Below are positions 1-13,376 of a stretch of 64,000 nt of DNA, piece after piece. Source of the stretch: Patellaria atrata CBS 101060 (Eukaryota); the NCBI GenBank assembly GCA_010093705.1, contig MU006092.1, positions 1,258,350-1,322,349 on the forward strand, read 5' to 3'. How positions within the stretch are numbered: the stretch's first letter is position 1; every line of letters begins with the position of its first letter. The notes under the pieces were generated by a model that was given only the letters and a program-made list of their open reading frames with translations, searched no databases and was not told the origin of the DNA. Made by a program: the position numbers and the translations under genes.

Positions 1-1104
1 AGCTATTTTGGTAATCGATCGGGTCCAAGTCGAATCAATTTCCAGGTTGGTCTTTCCGCTGATCTAGATAGAGATGTTGAGCCGTCTACATCTGCACCTC
101 AAGGTGATCACGAAGATAATCAACAGCAAAATAATCCACGGACAACAAGAAGCCACTTGATTTCCGGCAGAACACATCCGACAAAGCCGGCCGATAATCT
201 TCACCATACTGGCCGACGTCGAAAAACCCCTTCAAGAATTTCCACACATGCTCAAGAACCCCATCGTGGGTCGAGGATCAAATTATTGCAACAGCTTATG
301 GAAACTACAGAGGAAGAACCCCAGATATCCCAACCCATGAAATTGCATCAGGGCGAGAAGCGGAAAACCCCGCAAAGAACAATGAGGACAATGTCGAAGG
401 AGCGCCGAGGCCGTCCTAAGAAACAAAATTCAGCGAAATCGACAAACCCACAAGGAGTTACCAAGGAAAGGTCCCGTCCCGTGGGTGCTATAAGATCACA
501 AAACCTACAGGAAGTGATCAAGCGACGTGGTTGTCCTCCCAAATTGGTGCAGAGAGAGGATACTGTATTGAAGGACTATCCTACCCAAGGGGTAGAGTTA
601 CAGAAAGAGACTAAGCGGAAAGGCGGACCTCCTAAATCGCTACAGACAGAGGATATCAAGTTGGGGGGCCAAGTTGCTAAACCGATAGAATTACAAAAGG
701 TCAAAAAGCCAAGTAGCAGGCCTCGGAAGTCAATAGAAGCCTAGAATACCTAACTGAAGTGGACCCCTTCTGAGGAACATGAATTACATAACGCAAACAA
801 GCGGCCGGGTAGGCCATCTAAATCAGCACAAACAAAGATTGTTGAGCCGAGGGACGTTGTACAGGAGGTCAGCAAACGACGTGGTCGTCCGCCTAAATTC
901 GTGGAGTTAGAGAGTGTCACTAAGGGGAGGAATCCCCTTCTTATTTCAGAAGAACCACAAATTATCATCAAACGACGGGGTCGACCCCCAAAATTAATTA
1001 CATCGCAAAAGCTCAACAAGCGGAGTGGACCTCCCCCTACCACTGCAAAACCACAGAGTGTGAGCAAACAGAGGGGTCGGCCAAAGACACGATTGAACGC
1101 TTAA
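1..1104 (+). CDS. 3' part of a multi-AT-hook, basic low-complexity protein; frame interrupted by TAG (742-744) and TAA (751-753), so possibly truncated or a pseudogene
   Basis: Frame +1 is open from base 1 to 741 and again from 754 to 1104. It carries repeated RRGRP/KRRGRPPK/KRPGRP/QRGRP motifs (AT-hook core GRP). Confidence 0.6.
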
Positions 1105-1474
1105 ATGCAAGGTCAGTTAATACCGATTACCTAATAAGGAATCAAGTCATATGTGCAATTGAATGTAATGATGATATCTGAGGAAAACTGTGATGGTTGG
1201 GGAATCCGAACAATGGATGTTTCTTATAGACTAAGGGGTTTAGTCATCAGACATTCAATTGATTCTATGGAGTTAATGCTTTCTGTGAGTGGAGTCCTGG
1301 CAGTAGTTAGGATATCATGGGCTTGGAGCTCTCGGAATTGGGGTATCTTGTTGGAAGTTCAAAAATCCCTATTGGTACCAACCCAGGCGATGCACCTTCT
1401 GGAGCATTGCTAGTCAGAAAGGAATAACGTATGGCACGATGCATGAGTTAAGATATCATGGACCTTCTATTATA

Positions 1475-3700
1475 TTAATATGTATCAGAGTCTTCCTCTT
1501 CTTGCCTTTCCCGTTCTTCCATCTGTTTCCGTGCTTGTTTTCCCAGGCCTAGATCCTCAAGTTTTCTACTCTCACCGTGCTTATCACAGGGATTAGGCGC
1601 CCAGAATTTGGTGATACCCGCTCCGAAAGCCATGAAGAGTGTAAATCTGTATAAGGGTTAGTAGGTATGGAATTTATGATGTTCATTTTACTTACACTAG
1701 CAATACCCATCCAAGCCACTTCGAGTCGGGGTCATTTACATCCGCACCGCCAAACTTAGCTTTTGCTAAGAATACCTGCGCAATAATAGACCCTAATTTC
1801 CCCGAAGCAGCAGAAATCCCATGGCAAGTGCAGCGGTATCGGGTGGGGAAGACCTCTGCGGCTATGATGAACGTCGAAGTATTTGGACCTTTTCTTGTGA
1901 GAAGTGAGTCAAATATCAGGGCGCGGACATACCTAGATTGAAGAACAAATTGCAAAGCGCGTACAACGCTATGATGGCAGCGAAATATTTTGTCCCTAGG
2001 AGGGTGATGAAACATACTCCAACTGCTATAAACAATCCGGCTAGGATCCAGAAACCGTATAATTGCAGTTGCCATCTAAACTTGGCCATCCAGATGAAGA
2101 TAGCTCCACCGAGCACCGCTCCTAAGGAAGTAGCAATCAACGCCCGGTATCCATACTCCATCAACATCGGATAAATTTCCGTATACAATTGTGAATTCCA
2201 CAGCCGAGTTATTATCTTAGGACTATTTACCCCCAAGAAATAGAAGGAAAAGTCCAATACAAGCCATGAGATTGATGTACCTGCTAAATCGGTCCAATTA
2301 CCGTCCGTAAAGAGAAACTTTCGAAGGCCTTGCCAGTATTCACACCAAGTCTCTTTGCTCACTTTTCTCCGGATGTCGAGTTCATCCATATGTTGAACTT
2401 CACCCGGTTGAATCGTGGAAGGCAGAGGGGACGGTGTCAACTCTTGCCTTTCGCCGAATCGAAGCGAGCTGATTAAAGTGGATGAGCGCTCGGAGGTTCC
2501 GTTCGGAGGTCGAGGTTCCGGTAATGCTTCCCTCGGGATATCATTTTTTGGTTGTTGAGTTTCCGTTACGATGACTTCGTTGTCATCTGCAACTTCCCTG
2601 GGATTCTCCACGCCGCCTGGGACCAGCTGCTCTCTTTGAGCGATAGGCTGGAGAATCATTGGTTCCTGGCCAGTTGAAGTTGATCTTGAACGGTTGCCAA
2701 AGTACGCTTTAATGTCATGCCCTGCCGTGTATGGATCCTTTTCGACATCCAAAGTGTAACGCGGCGACTCTGGGATATACAAGCGCAACACGACGGCGAA
2801 AGCTGGTGGTATAGCTCCGAATCCAACTATCCATCTCCAAATTTGATCGGTCGCGTGAAGGCACTGATCCATGCAATCGGAGGGGTTCGCATTTTCCGAG
2901 ATATGTGACTTGAACGCTGCGACAGTGATGATAGCGACTAAGTTTGCCATGAGGGCCCCTACCGGTTGCATAAAGAACACGGTAGCTAACATACGCGCGC
3001 GATGCTTCCTGGGCGCAAACTCGGCACAGATTACAGCGCTTAGGGGATAATCACCTCCTTAATGGCTGTTAATTGTGTATGTACCCCACAGAACTTGAAC
3101 GTACCTATTCCGATACCCATCAGGAGTCTCCATGATATCAACCAAGCAAGAATATTTACGGAATTCATGGCTCCCTTTGAGCAAAGAGCAAGTCCAACTG
3201 TTGCAAGCATGATGATGATAAGTTCGATACCATATAGTTTCTTACGTCCATAACGATCTGCTAGGATACCCACTAGGACCTGACCCAGAACGGTTCCCAC
3301 GAGTGTTGCAAGATTTATAGATATTTCTTCGTGTGCGGGTATGCTACCATTCCAATACACTATTTCAAGAATAGGTAGCATAGTGTTTACGGCGAACAAC
3401 TGTACGACAACGTGAGCAGCATACATGCGTGGAGAAAGGGGATATTACGTCGTAGGCATCTGTCAAGAAGCCGGCGCCTGCAACGAACACAGTCCAGTAT
3501 CCAAATCCATCTTTATCGATTCTCGCGTATGCGAGTTCACGTTGCGTCCTCCAGTCCTAACAAATTGTCAACCAATCTCTTCGATGAACCACTGAGGAAA
3601 TGTGCTTTACTAGATAATCATATTGCTTGATATGGTCCGGCCATGGTGTTGGTATTCGCGGTCTCCATCGCGGCCACTGAAATCTGGTAATCCCTGCCAT
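1475..3700 (-). CDS. Inorganic phosphate:H+ symporter, MFS (Pho84-like), multi-exon
   Basis: Spliced reading MAGITRFQW...YARIDKDGF...AGAGFLTDAYD, ADRYGRKKLYG, GIGIG-DYP, PESPRY, GPNTSTFIIAAEVFPTRYRCTCHGISAASGKLG. Canonical GT-AG introns (e.g. 3557-3610). Stop at 1475-1477. Confidence 0.9.
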
Positions 3701-4768
3701 GCAGATTATTCCTTTCGTCGATTAATCTGGATGGTTTAACATGTCTCCACGAGGGGGATTCCATGTCTCATATGATTTCTGACTCTCCAGGTACAAGGCT
3801 GACTTTTTCTTATGATCTTCTCCAGGAAGCCTTGTACAGCCTCCGCAGATGCAGCCAAGTATTCGTCACTTCCTGTCTCTTGATACTCCTGGGCGAGAGG
3901 TACGGTACAGTGCTGTGAAAGCCATGAGCCGACTTCCAGTGGTAAAAATGAAGTATCTTGAATCCTTTAATTCCACGCTACAATCATAAAATATATTCCT
4001 CTCTGTGCAGATCACATCTATCATCGATCGTACTGTACCTCGACATGCGTCTTCGCTGTCCATACCTTACCTTATAGGTACTTCCATCTTCTAGTTCTAC
4101 TGAACTGTACTGAACAGAGTCGCAGAGTATATTTTGGATTGTCGTGCTATTAAAGTATACCACGGAACAGTTGCCTACGGAAACTTACCCCCAACAATGC
4201 ATTATTACTTTGCAGTTCTGGAAGTATTGATTTCCCTCAATACCTTGCTCCACCTGCATGTTCATAATGCATGACCACTACACCGGGAGAGCTCTCATCC
4301 AAAGATATCAGCACGTGGCATCTATGCTCGAACAACATGCTACCAAGACTTCTTGTACTGAATGATGTGAAATATACTTCAGCATATTGACTGATGAGGT
4401 TGGCTGAACAAATTACTGATATTTTGTACGGTTTAGGTCTCGTTGAAAGTGCCAATGTCAGCCACTTTACGCCAAGTGCTATGCATTGTGAGAAGGAGTA
4501 GGGCTTCTCTAGTATTCTCGCCCTTGAAGGCAATTCATGGTTGAGGGCACGCGTTACTACTGCGGCCAGGGCAGCCTTTGAGGCTCTGGAGGTATTTCTG
4601 TCTTGCGACCTCTGGGCTGTGTTGCCAATATCCGTCATACAATAGTCTTATCGCTCTTAGCACTCTTGTCTTCTCTTTGTACCATTATGACTATTGCGAG
4701 GACATTACCTTTCTGCTTTATCTATCGGAGCTGGGCGACCATACGCCGAGTCGTCGACTCTCTGCGGC

Positions 4769-6559
4769 ATGAGCTTAGGTTTCTCTGTCAGTGAGCTTGT
4801 CAAGGTGATCAATGGAGCTATTCATCTCTACCACAGAGTGCAGGAAGCACCCTCGGAAGTTGAAGGACTGTACCACACGGTAAACTCATGTCGTCAATAC
4901 CTAATTCAAGCGGAGAATTCGATTGCAAAGGTTGGCGACACCGTCAACTTCGACCAAAATCCACTCCGCCAAATCTTCTCGAAATTCTCGGTCAAGATAA
5001 CGGAGTTTGAGAACTTCCTCGATCCTTATAGAGATTTAAGAGACTCTCGGTTAAGGAAACTAAGATGGACTGCAACGAACAATTACACTCAGAAGACTAA
5101 GATGCTTCGAGAAGAGCTCGATGAACTCATGAGGCATTGCAACTATCACATGAGTTTATTGCACTTGTAAGTAGATAAAACAGCACATGGCTCTTTCAAC
5201 TAACCAAGCGATAGGGAAGTCACCTTGAACCGGAATGGGAGCGTAACCGCGGTAAGCGTCGCTGCTGAGAACAGGGCTACATACATCACTCAATCACCGG
5301 ATTCAACGCCTATGCTTCCTTCTCAAGCAGGATGCACAGTAGGGTCGTTATCACCTACCTGGGATGCCCTTCCTGGTCCTGCTCTCGGGGTTGAATACGG
5401 AATAGGGATTGCTCATTCGAGCTCATCTTCTACGCATTCAGCTCGTTCGAGGTTCCGCAATTCGTTCTCCTTTGACAGCCAAGGTAGAGCCCGGACTTAT
5501 TCTACGAGTGATGACCAAACTTTGTCGATTGAGCATCCTGAGGATCAACTTTCTCCTCTGAATGGTGCCCATAGGACTCATCAAAACCGTTATTCGAGTA
5601 GTAGCTATTCGACTAGTCCAGGCTCGTCACCTTCGATTTTCTCGCAACCAGGACAGACACCTCGATCTTCCTACTCATCTATTAACACCAATGGCCTTTA
5701 TCATACTCGACAGACATCATACACCACATTATCTACTTCCCAAAGCCCATCTCAGAACGACACCGAAGACTATACGATTGGGTTATGTGGTGAGCTTCAG
5801 ACTCTGGAACTGGAGCCAAACACTGCGCGAAAATCCACATTTCAATCTCCGGTACCAGCATACTCTTCCAAGCAAGTCGATTTCGAGGACTCCGTAAAGG
5901 TGTGGTACAAAGCCCAAGGTACATACTATTCTTTCGAAATCACATCCGTTGAGGTCCAACGCTGGACTACAAACAACGAAGTGAAAACAAATATCCTCTC
6001 AACCGGAACTCAACCTATCCATGACTATCTCTGGCACTCGGCATCTCGATCGAACAGTCTGCCTTTCTTAGAGCACCGGGAGATCATCGATCGCTTTTGC
6101 GCCCGCGACCCTAATATACGCGAAGTTGTCAAGTTTGCGCCTAACCCGGAGGAGCATGCTCAATATTCATTTTCAAATAAAATCGATGCATGGGCTTTCC
6201 TCAATGCTTGCACCAACCAAACCCTTAAGGCCTCCGTAGACGTTGATAAAGTCAAGTCTGACTGTACGCATGGAAATGCGGAGGAGATGGGCGCCGGCAC
6301 ACTGCAGATTTGGGAGACCGAGAGTGAAGAGAGGGAGTTCAAGATGTTTAGAAATAAAATTACGGGTAAAATGCAGAAGGTGGTCACGATTCAGCTCGAA
6401 GAGTTGAGAAATCCGGTCAAAGATAAAAGTGGAAAGAAGACCAAGGTGGAGTTTCTGAATAAGTCAAAAGGATTAGGAAGGGAGATGGGATATTTGAAGA
6501 TTTCATTCTCAAGAGCGAAGGACCAAACCACATTTTGGAAGGAAGCGAATTGGAGGTGA
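4769..6559 (+). CDS. Two-exon protein: N-terminal helical HeLo-like/fungal STAND N-terminal-like domain, Ser-rich linker, C-terminal globular (possibly PH-like) domain
   Basis: ATG at 4769 (MSLGFSVSELVKVI...EAPSEV...LRKLRW). The 48-nt intron 5167-5214 (GTAAGT..CTAAC..TAG) joins ORFs 4694 and 5225 in frame. Confidence 0.7.
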
Positions 6560-8402
6560 GATGTAGTATTGATCTCATACTTCTCCACATTCGGTTTGCG
6601 AAGTTGGTAAACTCCTCTATTAGAGTTTTGGCTTAGTCGACCTGGGACGGACCGCACTTCTATTAAGATATCAGCGGACAAATAGGGACTCATACCTCGC
6701 TATTGTGGAGCATATCTTGCTATAGCATACTGTATACGAAACCGCTCTGCGCAAAAGATCACAACATCCACGGAATCCACGCATTCATGAAGAAACTCCA
6801 AAGAGCCTTCTAATTCTATCTTAGGGTTTGATACTGGACTCCATATCAACGCAACTTCCCAGCTCTTATACGAATATTGGTGGATTCCGTAAGAATATCG
6901 GGAGGAATATCAGGGGCAACGCTTACGATTTTACAATAGAACCACGGGCGACGGTGATGATTGCCATCCTGGATTGACGACCAGAGTCATGCGGAATTTA
7001 TTGATATGAACCGACAGATGGAAGCTGGGAATGCGTTACCTAGATTCAAATAGATATCTTCTATTTCTTTTAGCGATGCATCAAGTCATTGGATAGCTAC
7101 ATGGTAGTGGAACTCTCTCACCGACACTGTTCAGCAGCGAAGTATGTTAAACAACCTGCCGAAAACTGGTTCATTGAGCAAGGGCATATTCAGCTTTTCA
7201 GGAGGCCAAGGAAAATAGATGAAAGAAACAAGGGATCACAGCCAGCCACAAACAGTTGATGTTCTGCATATTGTTATGTCAGCTATGCCTGCCACATCGT
7301 CTAAAACTGCTATACATTCATGGACTCCCCCTTTATTACCAACTTTATCATGTTCACTACCAATAAGCTCAGCAGCAAATCTTCAAATTTTCGCTTATAT
7401 GAGCTGTTTCATGTTCCCCGGGAGGCCTGACCGTAAACTCCACGTGCATATAGCGGTTAGGCTTTCTATTTGGCCGTAAGTGGGATGCATGCCTCAATCT
7501 AGATTTCCCATCCTCTATGCGCCCTGTATCTTTATTTGCTTTGACCTGCATGTTTAATCCGTGATCACCAACCGCAATAGTATCTTGGTGTTCATTTTTA
7601 CGTCTTTAAGGATGCTGCAACTACCTTGCCCGTTTCCATTCAGCTTTCCATGGAGTTTCGATCTGTGAAATTAATAGCTCTCCTACATCATATCTCCCCA
7701 GAAGGATTTACACACCTTTCGGACAGGGCATATGTTCACAGACCGCTTTGCTGTGTCCAACAGTAACGAGAATTTTGATTCCTATTAGAAAAACTATGTT
7801 CTAACTGGACTCCATAAGGACGGTGTACTGTAGTTCAGGCCTGCAGGCTAAGGGAGAGTTATTTTGAGAATAACAACTTAGAACTACATTACACGAAAAG
7901 GAATCTAGTTATGGAGGATATTCGTCAGTATATATTCAAGTCGAATTTTAGTCCGTATATTGCATATCGGGAGTATTCATATACATTCTTTCCTTCTGTA
8001 CTATCTCTACAGCCGCCTCCTACTAGCGAGAGTGGAGTTCAAAGATGTCGAGTCTCACTACCATTCTTTTGAACAACACTTTAGACATCCCTATTATTCT
8101 CTCTAACTCATCGCTCGCGCGGGGTGAATGGCCGATTGCTCAACCTCCATGGAGAGTCTCCGCACAAAGTCTGGAACATATCATAGTACAGGGTAATTAT
8201 TTCAAAAGGTTGTATTTTAGTCCTGATATTAAGTAAATTCAAGACTCGAATGAAGGCACCCAAGCTTCAATCATATATACCTTGGTCATTCCAGAGCTAG
8301 ATGACTTGGTTACGTTTACCATCGACATAGCGGACTCCATCCTTCCATGCGGTCAGAGACATTTTCGAGCAAGCACAGAGTTTGACGATTTGATTACCGT
8401 CA

Positions 8403-9634
8403 ATGTCGAAACGAATGATAACACTAGGGAACGTTCAACCGGTTAGTTCCTTCCAATTCGTGGTAAAGATCCTTACGCTTATGAATATTCCAGCTCAAGT
8501 GGACATCATCCCCACACCTCAACTTGACCTCCTAAAAACCAACCAAGAAGCCCAACTCGATCTACTCAAAGCCCGTGACGTTGCTCTCTCCAAGCGCTTT
8601 GAAATCGGTTTCGATGCCCTCGGCGTTGTCACCGCCCTCGACGCAATCCACGAATCCATCACCCTCGCCGCCTTCATCGCAAGAGCGCACCCCTTGTTCC
8701 CCCAAACCTCAACCTACGACAACGCCAACAACGCGCAATGGGAGTTCCTCCGCGGCATCCTCTGGAACGACGACCCGCGCTGCCTCCTCTTCGACGACGA
8801 CGACGACGACAACCACAACTTCGGCCTCGGCGTCGAGTTCCTCGCGGAATTCCAATTCGGGAACCCCGGCACCCTGACGCAGCGAAGCCACTACGGAGAC
8901 CTGCAATTCCTACACGCCATGGCGAGCGCGGAGGGCGAGAGCCCACACGCAACGAAAGCAAAGATCATGCACTGGGTAGAGGTGATGTACAAGCTCGCGG
9001 CCGGCGCCCAGAGCATCAACCCCAGCGACAAGCTAAGCGCACACTTCCCTTCCTTCTTCAACGCGACGACCAAACCATCTGGCGACGCCACCCTCGCGAC
9101 GCTGCTCGTAGGCACGACGCCGAGTTTCACCGCCATCGACGTCCGCAAACGCGCGCTGGGCACGTGTCTCCATCTAATCCAGGACTCGTACGCCGTGGGA
9201 CACACGGCGCGCGTGGTGCTGAACCCGGGGGATATGGTTCCGCGAAATAGTTCTGAGGGTACGTGCCCCGTCCTCTCTTCTCCAATACCCCCTACCCCAA
9301 CCAAGCTAACAGACAAGACTACATCCTCTTCCCCCCCTCGCGTCCTGGCCGCTTCGGTCCCATCCGCTCCTTCCACGCCTACAATAACCAAGACCATGAC
9401 CGCCACTCGCACTACGACGCGCTCAACGGCGCCGAGATAGTCTACACGGACCCGAGCTCGTATAACGCCATCATCGGCGCCAGGGACGCGATCGAGATGT
9501 GCGCGACGCTGATTGCGCACTTTATGGGTGGGAGTGCGTGGGAGCAAGGGGGCGTCAGGTCGTTTTTGGAGATGGGAGTTTTTGCGCTTGCCTCTGGGGC
9601 TGAGGTGGCGGATGGGGAGGTGGATCCTTTGTAA
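8403..9634 (+). CDS. Uncharacterised protein with His/Asp motifs suggestive of the Zn-dependent phospholipase C/P1-nuclease fold; 5' end uncertain
   Basis: Motifs IHESIT, GILWNDDP, RSHYGDLQFLHAM, LHLIQDSYAVGH, FHAY..QDHDRH. Intron 9259-9317 (GTACGT..GCTAAC..AAG) joins ORF 8403 to ORF 9263. Confidence 0.7.
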
Positions 9635-10044
9635 GGAGGCGGGGACGGAGAGGGTATGGGTGGAGGAAGGAGGGTTGATGTGGTGTTTGAGTGAATGGAG
9701 TTCGGTGTCGGGGTGTTGAGCCGCTATAGATGAGATTTATAAAAATTGAGATGGTTAAGAATGGAATGTTGTATATTTTTTGGGTGGTATGGTTCTATGA
9801 AGTATATCAGAATGGTATCTCCAAATAAGAAGTGAATTGGAAACAATACCTAAATCCATTATCTTGCACAATTATTACCATAAGTCGAACATCCATGTGT
9901 ATATATCAAGGGATACATTCAACCACCAAAACCTAAAGGTCCTATCTCGCTGTAGAACTATACTTCTTAACATCTCTGGTACCCATACATATCAAGCAAA
10001 AAGTATATCTCCATATCCTAAAATGATATAGAAAATCAAAAATA

Positions 10045-10116
10045 TAGCTGAAAACGGTTTCGATCCGTTGTCCTCCGGGTTATGAGCCCGGCGCGCTTCC
10101 GCTGCGCCATTCAGCT
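10045..10116 (-). tRNA. Initiator tRNA-Met (CAT)
   Basis: AGCTGAATGGCGCAGCGGAAGCGCGCCGGGCTCATAACCCGGAGGACAACGGATCGAAACCGTTTTCAGCTA: A1-U72, three G-C pairs in the anticodon stem, ATCGAAA T-loop, downstream T-run terminator. Confidence 0.96.
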
Positions 10117-11576
10117 TTACAGAATTGTTATAGGCTGAATTTTGCCAATAGTTTATAAACAACGAATTTTGGTTACTTTTATGGAATGAGTCATTACTTA
10201 AGTGGAGAGTGAAGATTTTCATTGGGTGAGATGGAGCGAAGTGGGGTGGACTGGGATGATGTCACACGAACCCGAGTTTGCGAAGTTCGAATTGCAGTTA
10301 AGGAATGGTGTCAATTTCCATTAAAGGTCAATGCAAAATGTGGTGCTGCTGAATTTAAAGAACTGTTGTCGCTCTCCTATATACTCCTACCTTACCGTAC
10401 TACTGCTGTATTCCTGCAATTCCCTATGGAGTTAAATAACACTCACAGAGTGAGTAACTCTATCGAACCCCTCGCAGCCCGGGTACATTTAGCTGTTAAA
10501 CCATCTCCCCCCCCTCCCTCAGTGATATTGACTCTGATAGTCTTATGAGTGTAGACCACGATCTAGGCTTGGGTACATAAGAGAGGTCATAAAATCCCAG
10601 CTAGATATAACCCCCGCGGTTCACTAAAAGTAGGGTGGTTGATAATTACAATCATGAACGTCAGAATCATGCAAAGTAAGATTTGTCCAGGTTAGACTCA
10701 TGAAAAGGGGATATGGTAAAGGGGTATAGAGCAAGTGAAGAAGTGATTATTGTAATGGGTCAAGTTCAGAATCTTAGGCTTCTTGCTTTTGAATACTTCA
10801 TATGTCGTCCCTTATGACACGGAATATATCCTACGAAGCGTGATCGTATCTTAGCTGAGATCATTTTCAGGTTACTTTGGAGAGGATTCGTATAGAAAGG
10901 GCCTGAGGCGCTGGGCTAGTTGGAAAGTGGATCAACGTGATGGGATAGGATAGCACCTACGTGGGTGATAGAGTATATCGATGTATACAACTGATATTGG
11001 ATGCTGAGATGGTTACTCTGTAATGAAAGAGTTTATCTTTCTTTTTGGAGATTAACAGGTTTTGGGTTTCAGACAGCTATGAAAGGGGTAGACACATGGT
11101 GAATATGCTTGATATTCTCATCTACGGAGTGCTGAACTTTTTGATACGGAATCGGTTGAAAGGAACTGAATGACTGGTATATGGAATTTGTCCTTCTGGT
11201 CGTTGACTAGAATTGAGAAGGATATGATTTAGCATGAACACGAATTGAACTGGGATATGGTTGTTGACTGTTGTATGCTCGGGGCAGAACCGTGAAGATT
11301 GTAAATATGTAAATATCTTGTCAATAGCGCGGAAAATCTAGAGAGTATGAGGGTATGTATGATGAAAGAGCTTTTACAAGCTTTATAATCAACGCCGTAG
11401 GTAGAAACTCCTTCCTTTCGATCTCTCTACCTTTTATCTTCTATATCAAACTTTTCCACATGAGATCTTTGCATAATTTAACACATGTTTTGCTTGAATG
11501 TGAGCATACGCAACATCAGGGTAGACTGTTCTTTGCAAGGCTCACACCGTACTTTGCGGTAGCCAGCATTGGTTTC

Positions 11577-12444
11577 TTAGTTGTCCGTAGTTTCCTGCTC
11601 TGGAATAAGCCTGTAAATTTCAATCGCAGGTGCGACCGCGCTAGGGACAGCAGTCGGTTTCTCCAATCTCAACCTAACGAAAGCTGCAAGACCGAGTTTC
11701 TTCATGAAGTCTTCTGATATCCTAAACAGGACCTGGGACGCCAGAGTCTCCAGCGTCTTAAAGTGCGACCCATCTATGACCTGCGATTTATGTCAGAGTT
11801 CTCCAAGAATTCAAGATTGCTACAATACTCACATTGGTGACCACACTTTCCAACCGCCCATACTCCTCAACTGCTTTCCAGTGAATGCCGTCGATCCAAA
11901 CATTTGCGACAACGATCTGCTTGCGCTCTCGTTCGTGCGCGAATAATCCGATTACACAAGGGAGACGTAAGTTACTGACGCTCATCCCACAGCTCTGATG
12001 ATTCGCAACCGTATCAAGCGCATACGACACCGTCGCGCTCTCGCCTAGCAAACTCGCCTTCGGATAGCCCAACTCGATCTCGATCGCTCTGATCGGCACA
12101 CTCCCACCATCCGCGATACTCAACGCCGTACTCTGGATCGCGGTAAACAGCTCTCCCGTGCTGAGCCAAGACTCGTACTCCCTCAGTTTCAAGATGAGTT
12201 CCTGGCTCAGCTGGCTATAGTTGATGGTGCTCTGATCCAGATTGTCGTTTTCGGCTGCAGATTCAAATGCGCGGGTTAAGTGGATAGTTAGGGATACTGA
12301 AACTGGTTGTGGGACTTTCCTCCCCCAGGCGTCTAGGCCGGCGTTGATGGAGAGGCTGAGGTTGCGGATCAGGATTTTGTTGCTCGCGAGGGGTTGCTTG
12401 CAGTCCCACTCATTCTTACTTAAGGATCTTTGTGGGTCAGACAT
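11577..12444 (-). CDS. Dihydroneopterin aldolase with tandem FolB domains (stand-alone, two exons)
   Basis: GLDAWGRKVPQPV..DNLDQSTINY and LPCVIGLFAHERERKQ motifs. Exon 2 encodes FKTLETLA...LEKPTAVP. Stop at 11577-11579. Confidence 0.85.
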
Positions 12445-13252
12445 TCTTCTCAATAGTGTATGTAGATGTATGTATATGTGTATTTGTATGGAGATGTTTG
12501 TGTTTTGGCTTCGGATCGGAGTTTGAAGGTTTCTGATAGTTTATTATGTATAGGGCTCTGCTTAAGGTACGTATAAAGTGCATACCAGAATGGCGGAAAA
12601 GCCGGCAGATAAGCGTAGGAGCCAATCGGGCGTTAAGAAGCCTGCAGTTACAACTAACCCTACCCGTCTCAGCTTTCTAGGCGTGGGAAGATCTGGAGGG
12701 TTTGGTTGTGGTGTAGATATTATACTTGTCAGCTTAAGCCCTGAGGATGACTCAACGTCGGAGTTGCTCCTTTGATCTCCTAGAATAAGAGAGTCTTTGT
12801 CCGTTTGAAAATATTCAGCTCTCGAAGTTATCTGGGAGAGCTGTCATCGAAACCGGTGAGCAACTGAGCAACAATACGAAGGCGGTATATAAACCTGGAC
12901 TCGGGAATCAGACACGGATTATGGGGATGACAGCACATCATAGCGTGTGTACTGTACTGTACCTTGACGTCGAAGATGAAAACCTATTATGATGAGCCAG
13001 CAGGATCGACAAGAAGGATGCTTAAGTGTAATCTATTTTGATAGTATTCGTATTCTTCTGTTGTTGCATGTCTCAGAAGTACAACAGCCCTATGACACTA
13101 TATATTACTAGATGGTAAAATGGTAAATATCAAATAGGTAGTCGTACAAAATTCATGTGGAAGCAGGATGGGAAACACGCCGGACGGAACCTCCACCATC
13201 TAAACTAGAACTAGTTATGCCGAAAGCGGTGAGCCAGTCTGGCCAGCAGAAA

Positions 13253-13270
13253 AGAAACCTCTAGAAGCGA
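13253..13270 (+). promoter_or_regulatory. Imperfect heat-shock element upstream of STI1
   Basis: aGAAacCTCtaGAAgcGA, an alternating nGAAn/nTTCn pattern with one mismatch, ~110 nt before the ATG of an Hsp70/90 co-chaperone. Confidence 0.35.
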
Positions 13271-13376
13271 AAGTTATACCGACATAAACACCTCCCTCAA
13301 GGGCAAAAAAAGCTTCCATACTGACCATAAAATTCACTATCATCTCAAATCACCAAACTCTAATTCCTCAATCAAT

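Noticed and set aside
8575..9547. Long overlapping and antisense ORFs over GC-rich genes (also at 35569-36354, 50463-51134, 38093-38698)
   Set aside because: Shadow ORFs produced by the codon bias of the real gene.
11577..12444. DHNA not fused to HPPK-DHPS as in yeast FOL1
   Set aside because: To my knowledge stand-alone FolB-domain genes are common in filamentous ascomycetes, so this is not novel.
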